In this document: piece after piece, positions 26,667 to 35,717 of the stretch
How positions within the stretch are numbered: position 1 is the stretch's first letter
Layout of the letters: each line of letters begins with the position of its first letter
DNA from: Candidatus Aenigmatarchaeota archaeon
GTDB taxonomy: Archaea; Aenigmatarchaeota; Aenigmatarchaeia; CG10238-14; SCSR01
Assembly: GCA_016187405.1 (NCBI GenBank)
Contig: JACPJS010000010.1
Coordinates: 1 to 48,506, forward strand
Length of the DNA: 48,506 nucleotides
Direction of reading: 5' to 3'
Notes under the pieces: model-generated
What the model was told of the DNA's origin: nothing
The model's input: only the letters and a program-made list of their open reading frames with translations
The model's database searches: none
Program-made: the position numbers and the translations under genes

Positions 26667-27194
26667 TCACGTCTTCGGTAGCAAGTTGAAGAAGCTCTTT
26701 AATTCATCACTAAAAGCAAGCAACAGTTCACGGCAGTCCTCGATATATTTCTTTCTAGTGGACTCGTAAATAAATTTATGATAAAATGTTCTAAACATTT
26801 CATAAATCAAACTTCTCTGCCACGTGTTATCTTGAGGGTATTCTGTTCTAATTTTTCCTTCAAAAGTGATTTTAACCGAACCTTCCTTGCCAAATTCCTT
26901 GCTTGGTTTTACAGTACCGTCGATTGTAACAGTAACATCACGGAATGTGTAGAAATCTAGGTCCTTTATAGTCTCCCATCTTACATGGAAGCTTTCACCG
27001 CTTGCCGTCTTGTCCCATCTGAATTCCCTTTCCTGGAGTTCCTTTTCTGTAATGTTGAACAAGGTGTAGAATTGCTTTCTGATAAATTCGTATATCTGCT
27101 GTGGGTTGGGTCCTGTATATTCTATAGTCGCGGCAGGTCTCGGTATGAGGCAGTAATCATGTATCAAAATCCTTGATCTTTGGAATACTGGCAA
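26667..27194 (-). CDS. Hypothetical protein, paralog 1 of a tandem pair
   Basis: 175 aa with a TTG start, which is supported by the alignment of RILIHDYCLIP with WILEDDCLVP of the paralog. It shares the same blocks as ORF 26147..26662. Confidence 0.7.
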   Translation of the reverse strand: MPVFQRSRILIHDYCLIPRPAATIEYTGPNPQQIYEFIRKQFYTLFNITEKELQEREFRWDKTASGESFHVRWETIKDLDFYTFRDVTVTIDGTVKPSKEFGKEGSVKITFEGKIRTEYPQDNTWQRSLIYEMFRTFYHKFIYESTRKKYIEDCRELLLAFSDELKSFFNLLPKT

Positions 27195-27257
27195 TAAATC
27201 ACTGAATAAAATATTGTGTTCTTTTAAACTAAAAAGTATAGGTTACCAAATAATAGT

Positions 27258-27443
27258 ATGGTCTGGGATAAGATACTGGGCTGGATACTGACATTGGTAG
27301 GATTGTTCTTCATAGTCGCCATGCCTGGCATGGGTACAGGTGGTCCAGGAAAAGGCTATCAACCAGTTGAATTTGGAAACTCGTTCGTTCTGATAGGAAT
27401 CATTCTGACAGCCATAGGCATATTTCTCATAGTAAAAACTTAA
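27258..27443 (+). CDS. Hypothetical two-helix small membrane protein
   Basis: 61 aa with two hydrophobic helices flanking a Gly/Pro loop (GMGTGGPGKGYQP). It is the first ORF of the plus-strand operon. Confidence 0.5.
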   Translation: MVWDKILGWILTLVGLFFIVAMPGMGTGGPGKGYQPVEFGNSFVLIGIILTAIGIFLIVKT

Positions 27444-27470
27444 TGAAAAGGGAAATACATAATATAATTG

Positions 27471-29288
27471 ATGTCAAACGTATTGTCGCCGCTCAATGAC
27501 CTCATTTTAGATAAAGATCCTGGGTTAGGATTGAATGCAAATCCATTCGAGTCAGAGATATATTTAGATTTGACTGGTCCTCTTGGTTCATTGACTGCAC
27601 AATATTATTCTTTGATGTTCCAGTTGCGTAAAAATGGGTTTGAGGTATTCAAGATGGACGAACAGATCGATGTATCGCCGTCATTCAAACAATATTACGA
27701 TTTGACTCTGCAGCAGAACGCTGCGCTTGAAGCCCAGTTGAAAGCCGGACTAGGGCAGGTTGCAAATGCTATACACGATTATGAACTGATTGCACATGAT
27801 TTGAGAAAATACAAGGAATACCTAGATTATTTCGTGAAAATGGAAGAAGGGGAACATTTGATGAAATCTAAGAAAAAAGGTGATATGGAAAAAGGCGAGC
27901 CAATGAAAAAAGAAGGTGCTCAGCTTTTGAAATCTGTGTTCATTGATCAGGTGGATGCACATACGGGTGAAGGTATTGCACTAAGAACAATTACACAGAG
28001 ATGGCCGACGATAATTGTAGACTTTATGCGATTGGATGACAAGGATATTGACCAGAAAGATATAGCGAAAAAATATCAATTTACAGAAGCTGAAGGATCG
28101 ATACTCGCAACTAAGAACAAAATATTCCTCGAATGGAGGGACAATCTATTCAAACCCACATTGCAGGAAAGATACCAGAATATTTTGAGGTTGACTGAAT
28201 CGAGGAGGAATTCTATTCAAAGATATACTGAAATGTTGAAACCAATCGCTGCAAGATATAAACTGATTACAGATTCCTTGGAGGGTTCGCCCGGAAGAGC
28301 ATTTGCTACAGGAGGATTCTTTCAACCTTCTTCCCAAGCATATTCAATAGACCAAACACGAATTTGGGCCTTCCTCCCGTTCGAGCCTGCTGAAAAGTAC
28401 AAGTACACGAGAGAATTTGTCAATGAAATTCCGATAAGTCAAACAGGATTTAAAAAAGACCACATAGAAGAATTAATTAAAATGGGAAAAATCAAAAAGA
28501 AAGATGAAAAAGTGGATTCATTGCCAATCGAGCCGTCCATCGATGAAATTATATGGAGATATTTCGACAGGGTGCAGGATTATTACAAGGTCAAACTAAC
28601 GATAGGTGATATTTTTGAAGCAAGAAAACGTCTTGTTGATTATTTCAAAATGCACATGCCAGAAGTTTATGGAGGATCACTAAAACCAGGAGGAACAACT
28701 TCTGGAAATACATGGATACTCAGTCCGTATTTTGTATTTCTTGACATACCTTTTATAAGAGCAGTTTTGAGAATGCCTAATGGTGATGAACTGGAAAATT
28801 TGATGTTGTCGAACATGACAGTTCAAAATAGATCACAGAATGTTATCATAGTCAATTTGTTGGAAGTAATAGCACGTGAGAAACAGTTAGAAAACTATAT
28901 CAATCAACTCTTGGGTGAAGTTGGAGTTAGTAATCCCGAAGAAGTTAGAAAAGGGAAGATACCTGAATTTGATACAATTGAAAATATGGCGAAGAAACAG
29001 TATCCTAGAATATTCAAAACTAAAGAAGAGTTGGAAAAGGAAGAAAAGAAAAAAATGGAGAAATTAAAAGACCAGAGACCACCGGTAACAAAGGCTAAGA
29101 ATGTAATTGGAGATTTCCTAAATCTATTCGGAATCAAGCTGGGATTCTTCAGAGGAAGGGGCCCTTACGAAATTGCAATGGACGACAGAATTTCAGAAAT
29201 GTATCAGTTGGAAGCTGCATTCCAGGGTTATCTCTTTGTTCTAAGATATTTACAACAAGGTGCAGGAGTACCTGGAGTAAAGGTATAA
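27471..29288 (+). CDS. Hypothetical 605-aa protein (coiled-coil segments, no recognisable catalytic motif)
   Basis: A long ORF with native codon choice (TTG/TTC/CAG) and an ATG at 27471. The stop overlaps the next start (TAATG). No P-loop or other motif was recognised. Confidence 0.75.
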   Translation: MSNVLSPLNDLILDKDPGLGLNANPFESEIYLDLTGPLGSLTAQYYSLMFQLRKNGFEVFKMDEQIDVSPSFKQYYDLTLQQNAALEAQLKAGLGQVANAIHDYELIAHDLRKYKEYLDYFVKMEEGEHLMKSKKKGDMEKGEPMKKEGAQLLKSVFIDQVDAHTGEGIALRTITQRWPTIIVDFMRLDDKDIDQKDIAKKYQFTEAEGSILATKNKIFLEWRDNLFKPTLQERYQNILRLTESRRNSIQRYTEMLKPIAARYKLITDSLEGSPGRAFATGGFFQPSSQAYSIDQTRIWAFLPFEPAEKYKYTREFVNEIPISQTGFKKDHIEELIKMGKIKKKDEKVDSLPIEPSIDEIIWRYFDRVQDYYKVKLTIGDIFEARKRLVDYFKMHMPEVYGGSLKPGGTTSGNTWILSPYFVFLDIPFIRAVLRMPNGDELENLMLSNMTVQNRSQNVIIVNLLEVIAREKQLENYINQLLGEVGVSNPEEVRKGKIPEFDTIENMAKKQYPRIFKTKEELEKEEKKKMEKLKDQRPPVTKAKNVIGDFLNLFGIKLGFFRGRGPYEIAMDDRISEMYQLEAAFQGYLFVLRYLQQGAGVPGVKV

Positions 29289-31126
29289 TGACATATAATA
29301 TTGCTGTTACTAGTGGCTTGTGGAGCATAGCACGTGGAAGAGATCTTGCTGGAATAAAAGCAAAAATTTCTCAGGTTCTTACACAAGGTGTTAATAGCAT
29401 TCAGGTTGATCTTGACAGCGTTTCTGAATTGACCGAACCTGGAATCGAAGACACGATAAGAAGATTCGTTGATGACCTTCAGGTGAAATGGGTCATGCAT
29501 ACCGAGATCATCGAAGAGACTGCACTTGAGACAGCTATGCAAACTACATGGAGGCATTCTCAGAGAAGATTGCACATGTACTTGGACACGCTGTATGAGA
29601 AATTTGTGAAGAAGGGTCTGAAGAAATTACTGCCAGAATACATAAACTTTCATATTTCGATAATGATGTCGATGGGTTATTTTGGTGAACGTTATAGAAT
29701 CGCTGGTATGCCGATGCTAACTTTTGGTGGGGAGTATGATTGGTCTGCAAAATTTTTGGATATACCTGCAAATGAAGATTTGAAAGACTGGTTTAGAAAA
29801 GATATGGTGATGATAGTAATAGGGCGAGAAGCGCCTATAGCTATCACTCCAACAGAACTTAGAATTAGAACTAGGGGTAACGTCGCTGCAAGAAATTTTC
29901 AAAATATGCAGCGTGAAAATCCTTCTGAATTAGGTAGGCGTGTACAGGAATTTCAAAATAGAAATAATAACAGGCAACCTGATCTTGACAATCCTAATGA
30001 TTTGATACAAATAATGGGCGAGCCGAATGAAAAAGATGTGGGTGATGAGTTGATAAAACAATGGTTGGAATACAGTAGGATGAGATTCAACAGAGGTGCT
30101 ATAACAGACGAAGAGGTCGCATATGCTGTAATAACAAAGTATCTTGAACTAAAGAGAAATGATCCAAAAGAACCTTTATGGAAACTTTTCTTCGGCGATA
30201 AAACAATAGATGAAATGGAGGGAAAAATAGGAGAAAAGAAGAAATGGGAGAAACCATTAATCAACATTGATACAAATGAAATTTATTTACACCCTGATGT
30301 AATTGCTATGGTAGCATGCAGATACATTTTAGGCCATTTCGATTCGGATCCAGGAGAATTCTACTTGGACGAGAGTTACAAAACAAATCCTGATAGAGAC
30401 AAAGATCCATTTTTCAAAAAGAAAGCTATAGAAAAATTAAAAGAGATGGGGCCCAATTTGGTTTTGGTTTTTGAGAATCCTGAAGCCGCGCCAGGATCAG
30501 AAGGATTGAGAAGAGTGTTCCATGCGAAGCACATGTATAATTTTGTCAAGGCTGCGCAGGATGTACTGAAAACAAATCAGATACGTTTGTTGATAGATTT
30601 CAATCATTGGCTCAATCAGGGAATAGATCCTGAAAGAGAAGTTGATCAGGTATCAAAGGAGGCCCCTGATTTCGGGAAATATGTATTCGCAACTCACATA
30701 TACAATCCTGTTGGTGTGCACGAGCACATGCCATTTGAAATCCCATCAGACGAACAATTCAGGATGTATGGTTGGTTATACAAATTACGACAGGTTGGGT
30801 TCAAGGACGGTTTCCTTACGTTTGAAAGGGGTGGTGGGCAGAACATGTTGGAAATAGCAAGATCTGTAATACCTGCATTGAGGGAAATCAGAACTCACCT
30901 AGAGAAAGACATAGCACCCGACAAGCTTCCGATGGAGTTCTTCGGTATATCCCCAGAAGGAATTCTATCTCCACAGAGACAGATGGTCATCATACGAGAG
31001 CATGCAAGAGATCCATTGAGAGGATTGATTCTATCTCCAGAAGAGGAACACACAGCATTGGGCAAAGAAGCACTTTCCAAACCTGGCATGACTCCTGAGA
31101 AATGGAAGAAAGAAGAATTAAGATAG
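29288..31126 (+). CDS. Xylose-isomerase-like (AP endonuclease 2 type) TIM-barrel protein with a large internal insertion
   Basis: Strand motifs line up with the 265-aa TIM-barrel gene at 33285: YINFHIS/LINFHFY, LVLVFENPE/LTVMYENSP, RLLIDFNHW/KVHLDIPHA, ATHIYNP..HEHMPF/IAHIHLHDN..DQHLPL and FLTFERG/ITLEVF. About 250 extra residues lie between the NFH and FEN blocks. Confidence 0.7.
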   Translation: MTYNIAVTSGLWSIARGRDLAGIKAKISQVLTQGVNSIQVDLDSVSELTEPGIEDTIRRFVDDLQVKWVMHTEIIEETALETAMQTTWRHSQRRLHMYLDTLYEKFVKKGLKKLLPEYINFHISIMMSMGYFGERYRIAGMPMLTFGGEYDWSAKFLDIPANEDLKDWFRKDMVMIVIGREAPIAITPTELRIRTRGNVAARNFQNMQRENPSELGRRVQEFQNRNNNRQPDLDNPNDLIQIMGEPNEKDVGDELIKQWLEYSRMRFNRGAITDEEVAYAVITKYLELKRNDPKEPLWKLFFGDKTIDEMEGKIGEKKKWEKPLINIDTNEIYLHPDVIAMVACRYILGHFDSDPGEFYLDESYKTNPDRDKDPFFKKKAIEKLKEMGPNLVLVFENPEAAPGSEGLRRVFHAKHMYNFVKAAQDVLKTNQIRLLIDFNHWLNQGIDPEREVDQVSKEAPDFGKYVFATHIYNPVGVHEHMPFEIPSDEQFRMYGWLYKLRQVGFKDGFLTFERGGGQNMLEIARSVIPALREIRTHLEKDIAPDKLPMEFFGISPEGILSPQRQMVIIREHARDPLRGLILSPEEEHTALGKEALSKPGMTPEKWKKEELR

Positions 31127-31152
31127 TTAATTCACCACTTCTAAGTAACAGT

Positions 31153-31164
31153 AAGCTTTATATA
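31153..31164 (+). promoter_or_regulatory. BRE/TATA-like box AAGCTTTATATA, 21 nt upstream of ATG 31186
   Basis: This is the consensus-like archaeal box. The spacing implies a leaderless mRNA and a separate transcription start inside the block. Confidence 0.55.
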
Positions 31165-31185
31165 CGCTGGATGTGAAAGATATTT

Positions 31186-32046
31186 ATGGTTTTCGAAAAA
31201 CTCGAACAAGATTTGGAAGATACGGAACTTGTAAAGAAGGAAAACAAGGATAACACTATCAATTCAGCCAACAAAGAAACGATAGAAAAGGCTGTTGCGT
31301 TCACAAACTCATTGAGAAAGCAATACGGTGAACTTGTAAAATCAGTTCTTATCTTCGGTTCAAGCGTTAAAGGGACCATGGTTAAGGGTTCTGACATTGA
31401 CATGTGGGTCATTCTTGATGATACTGCGACTAAAGCGTCTCAGGACATCAACAGGATAATCGACCATGCACACATACTGGCAGGTGAGTTCAAAGACATG
31501 CATCTGCAGATCCACACATTGACAGAATTCTGGCAGTCTATAAGAATCGGTTCGCCTGAATTTTCAAACTTTCTTAGATATGGACTTGCAATCTATGACA
31601 CTGGATTCATTAAACCTATCCAAAGAATGTTGCAGATGGGATTGATTCCACCTAGTGACGAGACAATAAGTTTGAAGGCGAGATCATCAATAACAAGATT
31701 CAGAAAAATAAAACAAGAGGTCAAGCTTTTGATTTTCGATTTGAGATACACAATGTTGGACATGGTACAGGCAGTCATCATGCATTATTACAAGGAGACT
31801 CCTGATTACAAGAAAGCACCTGAATTCTTGGAAAAACTTGTGAAACAAAAGAAATTGGAGAAAAAATATGTCGATCTGTTTGTTAAACTGGACAAGTTGT
31901 GGAAGGACATAGATCACAATGAAATAAAGAACGTCACGACTGATCATCTTAATGAAGCCATAGAAACAACAGAAGAGATGATTGAAAGAATGAAGAAACT
32001 TTTGCCAAAAGATTTTGTTGGCGAAGAAATGCCAAAGGAAGGATAG
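31186..32046 (+). CDS. Pol-beta-type nucleotidyltransferase domain protein with helical (HEPN/KNTase_C-like) C-terminal half
   Basis: The NTase motif is GSSVKGTMVKGSDIDMWVILDD. TLTEFW and IYDTGF blocks are shared with the next gene. Confidence 0.8.
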   Translation: MVFEKLEQDLEDTELVKKENKDNTINSANKETIEKAVAFTNSLRKQYGELVKSVLIFGSSVKGTMVKGSDIDMWVILDDTATKASQDINRIIDHAHILAGEFKDMHLQIHTLTEFWQSIRIGSPEFSNFLRYGLAIYDTGFIKPIQRMLQMGLIPPSDETISLKARSSITRFRKIKQEVKLLIFDLRYTMLDMVQAVIMHYYKETPDYKKAPEFLEKLVKQKKLEKKYVDLFVKLDKLWKDIDHNEIKNVTTDHLNEAIETTEEMIERMKKLLPKDFVGEEMPKEG

Positions 32047-32048
32047 AA

Positions 32049-33284
32049 ATGCCGAGAAAAGAAGATGAAAGAGATATTCCTGTAACTGATCCTAGTGAAA
32101 CCAAATTGGAAACCAGAGAACAGAGAATGGAACTTGTTAAAAATTATACAAAGAAAGTCATCGACAAATACGGGCAGTATGTCAAAGCAATTGTAATGAT
32201 GGGTTCTGTTGTGAGAGACGAATTCAAACCAAAAAGTGATATCGATGTTTTTGCAATCGTCGACGACACTACATTCAATCTTACAAACGAAATGTTGGAC
32301 AAGATTGATCAGGACATGCTGAAGATGGCTGATGAGATTCCAGAAGCTTGGATAACTGTAAAGAACGAACATGGTAAGGATGAAAAGATTTGTTTGATAT
32401 CAGTACAACCTGTTTATACATTGACAGAATTCTGGGATTATGCAAGAGTCGCCCATCCAATAATTTACAATTTCATCAAGGAAGGCGTTCCGATTTATGA
32501 TACCGGATTCTTTGCACCAATCAAGAAACTGCTTGAGATGGGAAAGATACCTGCGACAAGAGAGGCTATCGAAAGTTACATGGAAGCTGCACCAAAGAAA
32601 TTGAACCGTGCAAAGACTGTGAAACTTTTGATGTTGGCCGAGGATTGTTATTATGCGATGTTGAACTCTACACAGGCAGTGTTGATGTTCATGGGACTTG
32701 CACCTCCAGTTCCTAGCAAGGCTTATGATGAAGTTATTTTACATTTGGTAAAGACAAACATACTTGAACAACAGTATGCAGATTGGCTGAAAGAAATAAT
32801 TGAAATCAGAAAGAAAATCGAGCACAAGGAACTAATGGATGCGAGTGGTGTATTTGTCGACGAGTGGTTGGAAAAGGCTGAAAAATATGTTGACAAGATG
32901 TTCGGTCTATTGAATGCGCTTGAAATGAGAAAGAAAGAAAAGATTCTCGAAAGAACACATGAGGTAATGTACAAGGCTGCTATAACTGCAATAAAGAGCT
33001 TGAAGAAATTCCCTGAAGACACGAAAGACGCAGATGTTGTTAAGAAAGTTGGTTCTGTATATGACGCATTCAACACAGAACTGGTTCAATCCGGAATACT
33101 CGAAAGTTATTATTCTGACGTGTGGAAAAGGATCGAACAGATGAAGAAATTGTCTGACGAGAAGAAGATTAACGAGGTTCCTGACAGGGATGTTTATGAA
33201 ATGAGAGAGCATGTCAGAAAATTGATTCGTGACTTGGCAAAAGTGTTGAAGGACAAAGGTATATCCGAAGAAAATACGGAATAG
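32049..33284 (+). CDS. Pol-beta-type nucleotidyltransferase domain protein, longer paralog
   Basis: Contains GSVVRDEFKPKSDIDVFAIVDD, TLTEFW and IYDTGF. The C-terminal helical region is extended. Confidence 0.8.
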   Translation: MPRKEDERDIPVTDPSETKLETREQRMELVKNYTKKVIDKYGQYVKAIVMMGSVVRDEFKPKSDIDVFAIVDDTTFNLTNEMLDKIDQDMLKMADEIPEAWITVKNEHGKDEKICLISVQPVYTLTEFWDYARVAHPIIYNFIKEGVPIYDTGFFAPIKKLLEMGKIPATREAIESYMEAAPKKLNRAKTVKLLMLAEDCYYAMLNSTQAVLMFMGLAPPVPSKAYDEVILHLVKTNILEQQYADWLKEIIEIRKKIEHKELMDASGVFVDEWLEKAEKYVDKMFGLLNALEMRKKEKILERTHEVMYKAAITAIKSLKKFPEDTKDADVVKKVGSVYDAFNTELVQSGILESYYSDVWKRIEQMKKLSDEKKINEVPDRDVYEMREHVRKLIRDLAKVLKDKGISEENTE

Positions 33285-34082
33285 ATGCTTATGTCTATCA
33301 AATTTGGTTTGTTAACATATCCTAAACTGAATATAATGGATGAGATTAGGACAATCAAGTCACTTGGATTTGATTATGTGGAAATTGGAATAGAGTTACC
33401 TGAAGGTGCCCCTGAAATTCTGATGAAAAAGAAGAACAAGGTAATGAAACTAGTTTCTGAATTCAGTTATCCTGCAATCGCCCATACAGCATGGTGGATC
33501 GATCTTGGTAGTGGATACGAATATATACGCCAGGCATGGGTAGAGGAATCGAAAAAATGTATCGACACAGCAGAAGCACTTGGACTAAAATTAATCAATT
33601 TTCATTTTTATTCAATCGGGCTGGTAGAAGATTACAAGGCATATCACAGGTTTATTGTCAATAACATCATCAGAAGCCTGAAAGAGATTGTCGAATATGC
33701 AGATAGTAAGGGATTAACTGTAATGTATGAGAATTCTCCTACAAAGAAATCCAATGTAGGGTTTAAGGAATACAAGACAATAATGGACAAAGTTCCGAAA
33801 TTGAAAGTGCATCTGGACATACCTCATGCGTTTGTTGAGAACGGAATGGACGGGATAAAAGAATATCTGTTTTCATTCAAGGATAGAATAGCACACATAC
33901 ATCTACATGACAATGACGGGACTGAAGACCAGCATCTTCCATTGGGTAAAGGTAAGATTGATTTTAAATTGCTCGTGAAATGGCTGCATGAAATAAAATA
34001 CGATAAGACGATTACACTCGAAGTGTTCACTAGCAAAGAAGATGCCAAAGATTCTATGATCAAGTTCAAAAAAATGTTATAG
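33285..34082 (+). CDS. Sugar-phosphate isomerase/epimerase-type (xylose-isomerase-like) TIM-barrel protein
   Basis: 265 aa with NFH, YEN, HLDIPH, HIHLHDNDG..DQHLPLGKGKIDF and TLEV blocks, characteristic of the AP_endonuc_2 fold. Confidence 0.85.
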   Translation: MLMSIKFGLLTYPKLNIMDEIRTIKSLGFDYVEIGIELPEGAPEILMKKKNKVMKLVSEFSYPAIAHTAWWIDLGSGYEYIRQAWVEESKKCIDTAEALGLKLINFHFYSIGLVEDYKAYHRFIVNNIIRSLKEIVEYADSKGLTVMYENSPTKKSNVGFKEYKTIMDKVPKLKVHLDIPHAFVENGMDGIKEYLFSFKDRIAHIHLHDNDGTEDQHLPLGKGKIDFKLLVKWLHEIKYDKTITLEVFTSKEDAKDSMIKFKKML

Positions 34083-34123
34083 TAGAGATTTTTAATCTAG
34101 GATTTGAATATTAATACTATAGG

Positions 34124-34429
34124 TTGATCGGAACGAGTTTGGTTATATATCCTCCAGATGAAATTGAGCCTGATGTTGATCATTTATTACGCTCTATGCT
34201 TGATTCATTAGAAGATGAAATTGGAATCTTAGAGGGGATAGAAAGAGGATTGTCATATAATCACCTCCCACTTGGAGCAGCTGATTATAATAGTAGATAT
34301 CGAAAATGGAAAGACATTGCTTATCAAACTGCAGTTGGGTTAGTTGCAAAGTTTCCAGATCAAAAAGATAAGGTAAGAAAGTTGGTTGACAGAGCTTATG
34401 GATTGAAAGATGTTCAATTACCTGAATAG
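34124..34429 (+). CDS. Hypothetical protein (weak call, TTG start)
   Basis: 101-aa ORF with no ATG near its 5' end. It overlaps the 3' end of the convergent membrane ORF by 12 nt. No recognisable motif. Confidence 0.35.
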   Translation: MIGTSLVIYPPDEIEPDVDHLLRSMLDSLEDEIGILEGIERGLSYNHLPLGAADYNSRYRKWKDIAYQTAVGLVAKFPDQKDKVRKLVDRAYGLKDVQLPE

Positions 34430-34714
34430 ATAAATAATTCCTTTTTGGATTAACCATCCTATGAAAATAATATTCAATATTGTGTTTGAGAATATTCCAA
34501 GGACTGGTAATAGCAAATAAATTCCAGCAATAGTATCTGATAGACTTAACAAATTCTGTTTCATGAATGTGAATCCTATTCCTTTTACAATGAAGAATGC
34601 AACCGCTATCAATGCAATGTTTCTAGGAATCGTACCGTCTGTGAGAATATACAGTATAACAACTGAAACTGCTATCAGTTGAAGTATTCCAGTTATCTTG
34701 TGTTCAGCACCCAT
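34418..34714 (-). CDS. Hypothetical small membrane protein
   Basis: 98 aa with three hydrophobic helices. Confidence 0.55.
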   Translation of the reverse strand: MGAEHKITGILQLIAVSVVILYILTDGTIPRNIALIAVAFFIVKGIGFTFMKQNLLSLSDTIAGIYLLLPVLGIFSNTILNIIFIGWLIQKGIIYLFR

Positions 34715-34720
34715 ACCTAT

Positions 34721-35260
34721 CTATTTAGAATTCCACTCTTTTTCTTCTTTTCCTTCCTTCTTGTTCACGTATCTAGAGAGTGTGAAGAACAGATCTGATA
34801 GTCTGTTTACATATGCAACACAGTTCTCATCAAGTTGTTTTTGTTTTGACAATGATACTATACTTCGTTCGGTCCTTCTGCAAACTGCTCGTGCTACATG
34901 AAACATTGATGCAAGTTTAGTTCCTGTTGGTAAAATGAAATTTTTTAATTCTGGCAATTCTTTTTCAAACTCTAAAATATCTTCTTCAAGCAATTTTATG
35001 TCTTCAATCTTTATTTTCGGTGTGTGTGAATTTTCATTTGATGATGCTAGTTGAGAACCGATTGTGAACAGATTGTTTTGAATAGTTTCTAAAACTGAAT
35101 CAATCTCTTTGTTTTCATTGAATGATCTGATTAAACCAACGTTAGAATTTAGTTCATCTATATTGCCGTAAGATTCGACTTGCAAATTGTCTTTATCGAC
35201 TTTGGTTCCACCGAACAATGATGTTGTACCCTTGTCGCCTTGACCTATGTTGGGTTTCAT
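34721..35260 (-). CDS. ATP:cob(I)alamin adenosyltransferase, PduO/MMAB type
   Basis: Contains GDKGTTSLFGGTKVDKDNLQVESYGNIDELNSNVG and CRRTERS, typical PduO-type blocks. Confidence 0.88.
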   Translation of the reverse strand: MKPNIGQGDKGTTSLFGGTKVDKDNLQVESYGNIDELNSNVGLIRSFNENKEIDSVLETIQNNLFTIGSQLASSNENSHTPKIKIEDIKLLEEDILEFEKELPELKNFILPTGTKLASMFHVARAVCRRTERSIVSLSKQKQLDENCVAYVNRLSDLFFTLSRYVNKKEGKEEKEWNSK

Positions 35261-35291
35261 TAATTGAGATTAGAAATTAAGAATTATTAAG

Positions 35292-35711
35292 TTACTCTAG
35301 AAGTTGTGAAACAGCGTAATCAAATCTTTCAGGTGTATAGTGAAGTTTTCCTTCTTTACCTAATTGTTCAAATGCAGCTTGTATTCCACTTCTTCGAAAA
35401 CCTAGCCCACCATAACTCCTAAGATGTGTAATTTTCGTTAAATCAACACATGATTCAGGAGGAATTCTTCGTTCAATCAATCTAAATTCACTTGCAACCT
35501 CTGCAAAAGGCGAAAGATACCTCGAATACCCTAATATATAGGCTAAGGTATTTATTTGAGGTGGTGTCAAAACCTGTTCACCTAATTCCTTCGCGGCTTT
35601 TTGACAAGCTCTTTTCCGATTTATTTCTGCTCTGAAATATTCAGCACTAAGATTATAATTAAATTCTTGTAATCTTTCGTCAATATCTTGATATGTTCTT
35701 GTGGTGGGCAC
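35292..35711 (-). CDS. Hypothetical protein (Arg-rich ORFan class), last gene of the TFB operon
   Basis: 139 aa with a GTG start preceded by AGGA. R:K is 13:6. It looks mostly helical, with no recognisable motif. Confidence 0.55.
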   Translation of the reverse strand: MPTTRTYQDIDERLQEFNYNLSAEYFRAEINRKRACQKAAKELGEQVLTPPQINTLAYILGYSRYLSPFAEVASEFRLIERRIPPESCVDLTKITHLRSYGGLGFRRSGIQAAFEQLGKEGKLHYTPERFDYAVSQLLE

Positions 35712-35717
35712 TATCCT

